Assembly (NCBI GenBank): GCA_043228905.1
Contig: JBHGNT010000001.1
Span: 20,460,001 to 20,524,000, forward strand
Reading direction: 5' to 3'
From: Azolla caroliniana
Lineage: Eukaryota; Plantae; Polypodiophyta
DNA length: 64,000 nt
The stretch's first letter is position 1; the number at the start of each line of letters is the position of its first letter. Shown here one piece after another: positions 39,199 through 49,610 of the stretch. The notes beneath the pieces were generated by a model, which had not been told where the DNA came from, made no database searches, and saw nothing but the letters and a program-made list of their open reading frames with translations. A program made the translations under genes and the position numbers.

Positions 39199-39241
39199 AT
39201 GGGTACGACGTGTCATGGCACTGTCCCACAGGCGTGCCAGG
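39199..39241 (+). promoter_or_regulatory. Conserved tRNA-3'-end-like motif (inverted PBS) at the PPT position of Gypsy C
   Basis: ATGGGTACGACGTGTCATGGCACTGTCCCACAGGCGTGCCA-GG directly before the 3' LTR; homologue in element F. Confidence 0.7.
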
Positions 39242-40527
39242 TGTTGTTCGCCGGAATAGTAACCGACAGCCAGAAGCACAAGAGCATTATAATATAGTAA
39301 AGTGTTAAGAAACGCATGTAACGGTTCACGCGGGAAGCGTGAACGGCTAAAAGCCTTGCGTATATAAAGGGCAAAAATCCTCTATAAGAGGTAGCGTGTA
39401 ATTTTGGTGCACAAAGAGTTTTTCTAATAGAATACTATCTTCTCTGATTTTTGTGCATATGTGTGGTTTTATCTACTCTGTTCTTTGTTCTCTGTTGCAT
39501 ATTGTTAATCATAAGGTGGTAGGCGTAAGTGCGGATACTAGCGCACTTCCTAAGGAGTTCCGTTGTAGCCATCTCCCTTATACGCTACTAGGATACGAGG
39601 GAGTATCCCATTACCTATTACAGAACGACGGTACCATTCCTTGCAACACAGTCACCTTGAGGTCTACGTCGAAGGACTAACCGTAGACAGTGTTCCTAAC
39701 CGGTAACAGCCGTAATACAACTCATGTGGAGACACTCCTTCATTAGCAGAGGTCCGATTCTGCAAGTAAACAGTCGTCCTTATGGCTCCAACCGAGTAAA
39801 ACTTCGACATATGCTTCTCTTCAAGCATTTCCCTAGCAGCTTCTTTGATCGTCTCATTCTTCCGCTCCGGCGTATATCTACACGAGAATTCGTGTCGAAT
39901 TCTCTCCTTCTATAGATAACTCGTGAACTGGTCAAAGAAGTACTCCTTCCCACCATCGGACCATAGGCACTTGATCTTACGTCTTGTTTCCCTTTCTGCA
40001 AGGTTTCTCACCTTCAGGAACCAGGCGAAGACTTCCTCTTTTCCGCGATCAAGCACACCCAAGTATACCGAGTGACGTCATCGATGAAGGTTACAAAGTA
40101 ACGGCTTCCACTGAGACTCATGTTCTGTGCCGGTCCCCACACATCCGAATGGATCAAATCCAGTGGATTTCGACTACGATTACGGTCATTGGGGAATGGA
40201 AGTCGGCGTTGCTTCCCCCGTTGGCAGGCTTCACAGACTTGGCCTTAGAGGCCCGAAATTTCGGCAAGCTGAAAACAATGTTCTTCGTCTGCATATTACG
40301 AAGTCGTGGGAAGTTAACGTGGTCGAACCGCTTGTGCCACAGGTCGATGTCTGACTCGAACTTCTGTCCTTTCACGAACAACGCAGTTTCGGCTTGATTG
40401 GTGTCAAGGATAAATATCTTCCCTTCATGGCGCCCTTGCGCAATAACTTTGCCTTCCTCTTCGATGTAGCACCCGAGGTTTGTTAATCAAACTTGCAACC
40501 CCTGGTCGACGATCTGTCCAATCGATA

Positions 40528-43500
40528 TGGTTACCCGACTGGCAAAGGAGTTAAAGACTAGAATGTGAAAGGGATTGTATATTCGGAATCTATTATAATT
40601 AAGTAGTTTATGAGACGTGAACGGATGGACCGGAATCGGTATGCCGATCCAGATCCAGACCGATTCCGAACAGGTGCCGGTTGGCACCATTTTGTACTCA
40701 GCACCGGTGACCTATATAAAGGCCTGGTTACAATGTAAAACTTTGACGGATAATTAATAGAGCTTCTTGTTTTATCTTTAAGTGTTGATTACCATTCTGT
40801 GCTAATTGTTCTATCATACACCTATATCAAGTCTAATGCCATATTGCTAAGTAACCAATTAAAGTCTGATTAATCGTTGAGTCTTAAGTTATCTTGTCGT
40901 AGCACCCCTTTGGTGAAGTGTCTTCCGTAGACACCCTATGTTAGGCCATTGTCCGGCCCTAAGGAATAACACAGTTTTTGGCGACCATGATTCCTGCACA
41001 ATCGCAACGAACAACGGCGGGAATGGATGACTAGACCAACGAACGACCCGGTTACGGAGCGAGCAAGGAGACTTGCTGAACGGCTGAGGAAGCGAGAGGC
41101 TTTCCAACAAGCAGCAGAAGAAATCATAACGGATCGCTCATTTTCCAAGGTGACCCGGAGAGTGGCCAAGGAGTCAGTTCGTTTACAACAAAACGACTAC
41201 CTGGACGAAGGAAGCAGCCTAAGCAGCCTCCGAGAAGCGGAATCCCTTCTCCAGGCATTGTCAGCGGGCGAAGGTAGATCCGAAGTATTTTCGGCTTTTG
41301 AATCGGATTCGAAAGGGGAATACAGCGCGCATACGAACTACCGCAGCAGTAACGACACCCAAGACGGACCGGAAGACGAGAAGTCGGATACCTTGCCGAC
41401 ACCGGAACCAGAATTGGCAAGGCTGGAACCTCCGACACCGGAAGTCGAGCACACTCCGGAACCAAAAGTCGAGGAAGAGAGACCTCTGACACTGGAAGTC
41501 GAGGAGGAGAGGCCTCCAACACTGAAAGAGGAGCAGGAAAGACTTCTGGCGCCGACAGAGGAGTGGGAAAGACCTCCGACACCGATAGAGGAGGAGGAAA
41601 GACCACCGACACCATCAGTCCGCGTATCGACACTAGACGACGATATGTCGTTCCAATATCCCAGATACCGGGATGATGCGGATGCGGAAGCCCACGTTCA
41701 TGTGTTTCAGCAGACCTGGGAGGCAAACCATGTGTCCCAACGCTTAAATATGGCCGAAGAGGAACGCTAAAAAATGGCAGAGTTTGGCATGACCCTGGAG
41801 GGACCGGCCGCCTGATGGCACCGAACACAAGATCCCAGCACCATCCCCACATTTGAAGCATTAAAGACCAAATTCTTGCATTTCTTTCACAAGGAGATGG
41901 ACCAACGGGAAATGGTAGGCCTATTTTACATTATCCGGCAGGAACCAACGGAGAACATTCAACTGTTTGTCATCCGGTTCCAGCGGATGCACAGTCAGCT
42001 CAGTCAGGCACCATCGGAGGAAGAAACAAAGGCCATATTCTTAGCAGCACTCCGAGAACCCTTACAAACGGTGTACACCGACATTGATTTCCGCACCAGT
42101 AACATAGATCAAGTGATCGACCGAGTTCCGGAAATGGAAAAATCAAGTTCATGGTTAACCCTGGGCGAACTTCAGCGTGCACTGCCGACACATGAGGACC
42201 TCCGCTTCCGGCAAGCAATTCAATGTATGGCATGCCTGAATGCCGGACATTCGGCACTGGAATGCACCATGCATTCCCAATGCTTGCTCTGCCACTCCAG
42301 AAGTCACAGAATGGAAAAGTGTGAGTATAACTTGTTAAATCGGCAAGCACCACTGGTCCGGCAAATTGAACCACGAAGCAACCAAGAGGAAGAAGAAGAA
42401 CACTGGCAGCGAGAGGAGCGCTACCGGCCTGCACAAGATGTCTGGTACAGCGATCAAAGAGACACTTATGACTGGTATGACAGACAGGATAGATACCGGG
42501 ACTATAATGGACGGTACGAGATATACAACCGGGATCACTCCCCTGGTTACCACCAACGACGGAATGACTATGGCAAGTATGACAACCAGCCTCGTCAAGG
42601 TTACTGAAACAAAAAGAATTTCAACAAGAAACGTCATTTCAACAAAAAGGAGGGTCATCCACGAGAACCGGAAAAGGGCACTCCAAGCAGCCAACCGGAC
42701 CAAAACCAAGCACTTACCACAGGACCTCAACCGGGTGCGGGCACAAACGCCGAATCCAACAACACGCGGAAGGAGTATTGCTATTATTGCCGGCAAGAAG
42801 GCCACTATAGTAACCAATGTCCGGCGAAGAGCTACGACAAGCGACCAACGGTGAGCATGGTAGTCGCGGAAGTCGCGGACTTACAACAAGTCACTACAAG
42901 ATCAAAAGGCAAAGCCACGGAGTGGGAAACTCAAGAAGCCATCCGGAAGCAAGCAACCGAATGGGTGAAGAAGGCAAACGAGCGGAATTTGGCAGAGCTC
43001 GAACAACAAAAGGAGAATGCCGAAGAGCTCACCCGCATAGGGCAGCCCGAAAACCCAACATGGTAGGCGTTACAAGAATGCCAAATAACGTTGTCGTTAG
43101 GCCGGCTATTGCAACTGGTACCATGCTTCACGGAAGGACTGAAGACAGGAATGACGACAGCTAACACACCACCAGCTCCAACATTCTTTTCAAATCCGGA
43201 GGAAGGACTGGTGGTAGTAGACACGAGCAGTCCGACAATCACAACCATCATGAAAGGAAAAGAGCTACCCGACACGATTATCGATGGAGGATCCGGCATT
43301 AATGTGATCAGACTCCGAACGTGTAACACTCTAGGAATCCATGACTGGGAACCATGCCCGTTTTGGCTTCGGATGGCGGACACAAGCTCAGTACGGCCGA
43401 CCGGATTAATACGTGATCGGGAAGTGACCATCGGGGGTCACACATTTCCAATTTCGGCAGTAGTTCTCCAACTACAGGCTCAAGGAGCTTACCCACTATT

Positions 43501-46002
43501 GTTGGGACGCCCTTGGTTAAAAACAACACACATCAAGCAAAACTGGAGGAAGAATATAATTACGTTCCGGCGTGGAAAAGCGAAAGTGCGAGTACCGACT
43601 CAACCACAGTCGGGTACCGGCAAGGAATTGATGCCGCTATATGCGGAATGTGTCAACATGCTGGAAGGATTGGCGGATGAAGAGGTCGATCAATACTTAT
43701 AGGAAAATCTGAAGATCGTAACTTTGTTCGAAATTGATGTAGTTGAAGCAGTATCACCGTACATACTGCAACCGGACGGGACCGACGAGGAACCGGATAA
43801 AGAAGCGATCCAGGAGTTACGGCAAGCACAAGAGGCACTGGAAAGAAAAATGGCAGTGTCGCAACACATAAAAGCATCCCAACTAGAAGAGGTAAACATA
43901 GGTACCACAGAGGATGCAAGACCGATTCACATCGCCAAGGAAATGACCCCGGAGAGCAAATGGCAATGATCACACTCCTAAAATAATTTCTCCATGTGTT
44001 CGCCTGGTCCTATGAGGACATGCGGGGACTCGATCCTCAGTTGTATCAACACCAGATACATCTGAGTAAAGACACCAAACCGGTAGCGCATCGGCATTAC
44101 CGGATGAACCCGAATTACGCAACAAAAGTCAAAGAAGAAATCGACAAGTTGCTAAGGGCTGGCTTCATCCGACCGGTAAAGAAAGCCACATGGCTCAGTC
44201 CGATAGTCGTAGTACTGAAAAAGAACGGTAAGATAAGAGTTTGCGTCGACTACCGGAAATTGAATGCGGCTACGGTAACAGACGCCTTCCCACTTCCATT
44301 CACGGATGGAGTCTTGGATGCGGTTGCCGATCATGAGGTGTACAGTTTTCTGGACGGTTTCAGCGGCTATAATCAGATCCGGATGCACCCCGACGACCAG
44401 GAGAAAACCGTTTTTGTCACCGAATGGGGAGTCTTTGTTGCCGTAGTTATGATGTTCGGACAGAAAACGGCACCGACAACCTTCCAGCGGATCATCATGG
44501 AGATTTTCGGAGAATTCATTCCAACATTCATGCAAGTGTTCCTGGATGACTTCGTTGTTTATAGCCGGGAAGGGGATCACCTTCAACACCTCCGACTATG
44601 TCTGGAGAAATGTAGGGTTTATCGGCTAAGCCTTAACCCAGCAAAATGCGTGTTCGGAGTGTCCAGCGGAGCGTTACTTGGCCACATCGTGAGCAAGGAC
44701 AATATTGCAGTGGATCCAGACAAGGTCAAAGCTATTTTGGAGGCACCGGCACCAACCACGACAAAGGCATTAAGCCGGTTCTTAGGACAAATTCGGTGGT
44801 ATAGCCGAATGCTCTAGTATCTGGTAGACCTGGCTACACCATTGCATGTCGCGGTACATCGGACACCGTTCCAATGGACGGACACAGAAGACAAGGCTTA
44901 CCAGGAACTAAAAGTACTATTGTCACAAGCGTTGGTGGTCCAACCTCTGGATTGGTCTAAAGAGTTCCATGTGTTCCTTGATGCGTCCGACATCGCAATC
45001 GGGAGCGCGCTTATGCAACTTACAAAACCGAAGTGGTACCGGCCAGTGTATTATGCCAACCGGAAGCTGTCCCAAGCGGAACGTAATTATTCCACAACGG
45101 AAACAGAGGTCTTGGGCATGTTCTATAGTGTCACCAAGTTTAGACACTATCTGTTGGGAAGGAAATTTTCCTTTCACGTAGATCATTTGACGCTCCTCTA
45201 TTTGGTGTCCAAAGCATCACTCACCGGTAAGTTGGCCCGGTGGACGTTACTATTACAAGAATTTGAGTTCGAGATATTACACCGACCCGGCATACAACAT
45301 GCGGTAGCAGACTATTTGAGCCGGTTATATTCTAGCGAAACCGGTGACGGCGTCCCATTAGAACAACAACGGATGCAGAGCTATTTAGAGTCACATTAGA
45401 ACAACAACGGATGGTACGGTCGCAGAGGAAGACAAGTGGCTCACCAACATGCACCAATTTCTGAGCACCGGCTTACCTTTGGAGGAGATGAACAGAGACG
45501 AGAGGAAATGCTTAGTGGTTCAAAGCCGGCGCTTCTGTCTATTACAGGACACACTGTACCACAAAGGCGGTGATTGCATATAGTGGCGTGCAGTGCGCAG
45601 CGATGAAAAGGACATAATATTAGGCGAAGCACACTGTGGCGTGGCTGGAGGACATTATGCCGGAGATGCTACGGCAAGGAAAATATGGTAGAGTGGACTA
45701 TGGTGGCCAACGACATTGAAGGATGAAGTCTAGTACGCTAAAGATTGCGACCTATGTCAGCGAATGGGCCAACCAACCGAACAAGCCAGGATGCCTCACC
45801 AGCCCGTGCTACCGTTAGAACCATTTCAGAAATGGGGTCTGGATTTTGTCGGTTCATTCAAACCACCAGCAATGAGAACCGGCAACCGGTACGTGATTGT
45901 CGCTACTGATTATTGCACAAAATGGGTGGAAGCCAAAGCACTACATGACAACAACGTGGCATCCACGGCAAAAATTTTATATGAATACATCTAGTGCCGG
46001 TA
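40528..46002 (+). mobile_element. Ty3/Gypsy element E (related to C), 3'-truncated within integrase
   Basis: 5' LTR ~40528-40971 ending AATAACA; PBS TGGCGACCA at 40979; gag, IDGGSGINV PR, RT FLDDF, RH, INT up to YEYI*CR. Confidence 0.9.
41027..46002 (+). pseudogene. Gypsy E gag-pol with Pro/Glu-rich N-terminal extension
   Basis: ORFs 41027-41770 (EEERPPT repeats then MSFQYPRY gag), 41876-42607, 43091-43702, 43996-44817, 44842-45399, 45764-45994. Confidence 0.9.
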
Positions 46003-46007
46003 AAAGG

Positions 46008-49000
46008 TGTTGTTTATTTTAGGGTTAGGGTTAGTGATAATTATGATAGCATGATTATAATGATGGGTGTGATGATGGAGATAAGCATTGTGGAATTGAT
46101 GATGAGAGGATGAGCATTGAGAAGCATTGTGAGGTGGGGGGTGGTGCCTAGAATGGTTCCACCCCCCTCCCAAGGGGGTTCAACGTTAAGGGGAGAGAGA
46201 GGAAGAGAGATGACAAAGAGAGAGAAAAAATGATTATTCATGTTTCATTCATTCCCCATAAAGGGTTAAATAGTACAAGAGGGGGTAGATACATAGGGGT
46301 GTAAGCCCCCTCGAGCATTCATACTGGACACTCACTCACACCTCCTCATATCCATCCACATGCACACACGTGTGCATGTGTTCACATACATATAGACTCA
46401 CAATTACATTTATGCCCCCTACACATACACAACAACATCATGATAACATTCGACCCTCGCTCAGCACACTTGACTCTCTGTACATCTCGTACGGCGTAAC
46501 ACAATATGGCACACCCGTGGGAGAGTGCCTTGCACGTCGATCCCACATGCCTTGATGATGATATTTCTTCGACCAGGACTTCCATCGGTCCTTTCAACAA
46601 TCGACTCCCTCGATCAGGGTGCTTGACTCAAACATCTTTGTCAGTCAGCAAATCTTTCTGCGACACGAACATTCTCATTCTGTCGGCTTACGAACTTCAT
46701 CATGGGTCCAAAATCATGTCGTGAATATGTATGTTCTTCTTTTGTTTTGAGTGTGTGTGAGTAGTCTTGGGGATTTTCAAAATTTTGGTGGTGCCCTCTT
46801 GTTTTTAAAAATTTTGATATGTACCCTTATGTTAATGAAATTTTCTCATTACGTCCTCATAATTTTTAAACAAAAATTCTGTTCAATACCCCTACGTAAT
46901 TGAAATTCTCACATATGCCCTTATCATCTCTTTTCCCCCTCTTCTTCTTCTTTCTACATTTCTTCATTCCTTTTTTCTGTTTTACCTCTCCCGCTCTTTT
47001 CTTTGTCTGTCCATCTTTTTCCTGTCTTTCTCTTCTTTCTCTTCCTGTCTGTGTCAGTTTTTGCTTCTCTCTCTTTTGCATCCTTCACTTTCACGATCCC
47101 TTCTCCTTCTCCTTCTCCTTCTTGCTTTGTTCTAAGTTTTCTCTTCTCTCTTCTTCTTTGTCCTGCTTCGTTTGCTTCTGTTGCCGCCACTCCTTCCATT
47201 GTTTGGTGCCATTTTCTATCCATCTCTCCGTTCATCCATGCCTTGTCGTTGTTGGTCGTCATAGTCACTATCTTTGTTGGCCCTGTCTGGCCGATCTCTA
47301 GTCATCACTTATTCAGCCACTACTCCGGTTGTTGGTTGTCTGGCCGTCGCAGGTTCGGCCACTCTGATGACTGTTCGGCTATTCCGGCCGCCTCCATTCT
47401 GACCATCGTCACCTTTGTCCGGCGCTATCCGATGCTTGTTCATAGGTTGCCGTCTCTGTCTCCAGCACTTTCTGTTGTCTACATCTGGCTGTCTCTGACT
47501 ATTTTATCAACTACCCGTTGTTTGACCCATTTGGCCATCGGTTCCACTCGTTGTCATGTGTCTATTCGTCCCTTCACTTCAACGTCATCTCTGATCCGGC
47601 CGTCGATTGTTCAGCCGCCGCCATCGCACCGACTGGTATTCAACCATCCTTTTGCCTTTCCGGCCCTTCTGGTCGGTCCTTCGGTTGCTTCCGGCCATCT
47701 CCATAGGTGTCTCTCTCTTCATTTTCCCTTGTCCAACGGTCTCTTTTGAGTGTTCGACCCTCGGTTTGGCCGCCGCTTGCCGGCCCCCTCCGGCCTTTTC
47801 CGTCTATGCCTCGGCCGCTATCAAGCTACCACTCCACTGCGGACTCCATGACCGTCTCTGTTGGTTTCCATCCATTCGAGTCCGCTTCTGTGTCTCCGGC
47901 TCCCTTGTGGTTTTCCGGCTCCCGTCAGTGACTTTCTGCATCACGTTGTCTCGTCTAACTTCTCCGTTTCTGTCTACGTCGTGTCGGTGTCTTTGTCTCC
48001 GTCTAGGTTTGCCAGTCGCCTTTGTCATTGTTTGTCAACCGCCCATTTCGTCTGATCTGGTCCGGTCCTTCGTCTTTCTGGCTGTGTCTGTCTGGTTGGC
48101 CATGTCCTTCCGGTGTTGTTGGTTTCTCTGGTCGTCGATGTCTAGTTTGCGTTTGCATCTCTTCTATGTCTTCTATGGTCCTTCGGTGTTAACCAACTCT
48201 GGTTCTTGTTCCGATTCCGGTTCCGACTCTCTCCGCGTTGTTTCTTCTGGAACCATTGCCCGTGCATTCTCAGCACATCCTACCAGTCTCCGCTCCACAC
48301 ACTGTGACTTTCTCCGTAGTCCCCTGATGGGCTTCTCTTTCCGGTCGTGCTGGCATCGGTTCCCTCTACGTTGCTGTTTGTCCAGCCGTGCATCTTGCAC
48401 CACGCTTTTGAGAACACGCACATTGTCACTAACCGCTTTCGGAAACACGCACATGGACACTAATCGCAACCTCGCACAAACATTGTTGTCATTCATGCAT
48501 TCCTCCATAGACTTCCTCCAACATCTTCACCGTCATTTTCGTGTTTCGCCAATTCTTGCACTTAGTCGTTATGGCTTGCACATCCGCGTATCATTCTTTG
48601 ACTCCGTCTCCAAAGGGGGGTCGCCTTAGTGGTCGCCAAAAGGTGTTGTACGTTTTAGGGTTAGGGTTAGTGATAATTAGGATAGCATGATTATAATGAT
48701 GGGTGTGATGATGGAGATAAGCATTGTGGAATTGATGATGACAGGATGAGCATTGAGAAGCATTGCGAGGTGGGGGGTGGTGCCTACAATGGTTCCACCC
48801 CCTCCCAAGGGGGTTCAACGTTAAGGGGAGAGAGAGGAAGAGAGAGGACAAAGAGAGAGAAAAAATGATTATTCATGTTTCATTCATTCCCCATAAGGGG
48901 TTAAATAGTACAAGAGGGGTTAGATACATAGGGGTGTAAGCCCCCTCGAGCATTCATACTGGACATTCACTCACACCTCCTTGTATCCATCCACATGCAC

Positions 49001-49136
49001 ACACGTGTGCATGTGTTCACATACATATAGACTCACAATTACATTTATGCCCCCTACACATACACAACAACATCATCATAACATTCGACCCTCGCTCATC
49101 ACACTTGAATCTCCATACATCTCGTATGGGGTAACA
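46008..49136 (-). mobile_element. Non-autonomous LTR element F
   Basis: Direct repeats 46008-46501 and 48644-49136 (TGTTG...GTAACA); PBS rc TGGCGACCAC at 48629-48638; no gag/pol motifs recognised internally. Confidence 0.88.
46502..46546 (-). promoter_or_regulatory. Conserved tRNA-3'-end-like motif at the PPT position of element F
   Basis: rc GTGGGATCGACGTGCAAGGCACTCTCCCACGGGTGTGCCA-TATTG before the 3' LTR; aligns with 39199-39239. Confidence 0.7.
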
Positions 49137-49610
49137 GATACTAGGTTCTTAGTTATTGTCGAGACGTGCAACACATTCATAAGTTTCCCTTTCTGCCTGA
49201 CGTGGCTGAGAGGAACTTCTTTGACATGTTCGATGGTATGCTGAGTGTCGTCCTCCGTTTCGACCACTCCTTGCATTTCCCGTTTCTCCAAATACGAGAA
49301 CCATTCCTCATGAATCGTCATATGATTTAAGGCTCTAGAATCAACATACCACACCTCACTCGATTTTCAGGTGTTCATGGCCATCGAATTGGCCTTGTGC
49401 GTCATCACGATGGTTCGGTACCTTCGATGTAGTGCGATTTGTAACGCCTTCCTATGTCTCTTCCACTCGATCCGGCTTTGGCTGAATCAGCTCTCTTATT
49501 CTACCACTCGCTCTCCCTGTGGCCTTTCTTGCCATAGTACTAGCATTTTGTTGCAGCCTTCTCTTGCCGGCTTCCAATACCGTTGTGACTCCCCCTGCTT
49601 TCAGCATTTC

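Larger units (their letters stand above)
22150..39708 (+). mobile_element. Ty3/Gypsy element C (non-chromovirus; Athila/Phygy/Selgy-like) with extra 3' ORF, interrupted by a pogo transposon
   Basis: TSD GCCGT at 22145-22149 and 39709-39713; 467-bp LTRs 22150-22616 and 39242-39708; PBS TGGCACGC at 22621. Confidence 0.95.

Noticed and set aside
39182-39203. Purine-rich stretch as the true PPT of Gypsy C
   Set aside because: It is ~40 nt from the LTR, overlaps Glu codons, and has no counterpart in element F; kept only as an alternative hypothesis
47003-48629. Long plus-strand ORFs (248 and 340 aa) as host membrane-protein genes
   Set aside because: They arise from A-poor low-complexity sequence that lacks stop codons; no recognisable domain
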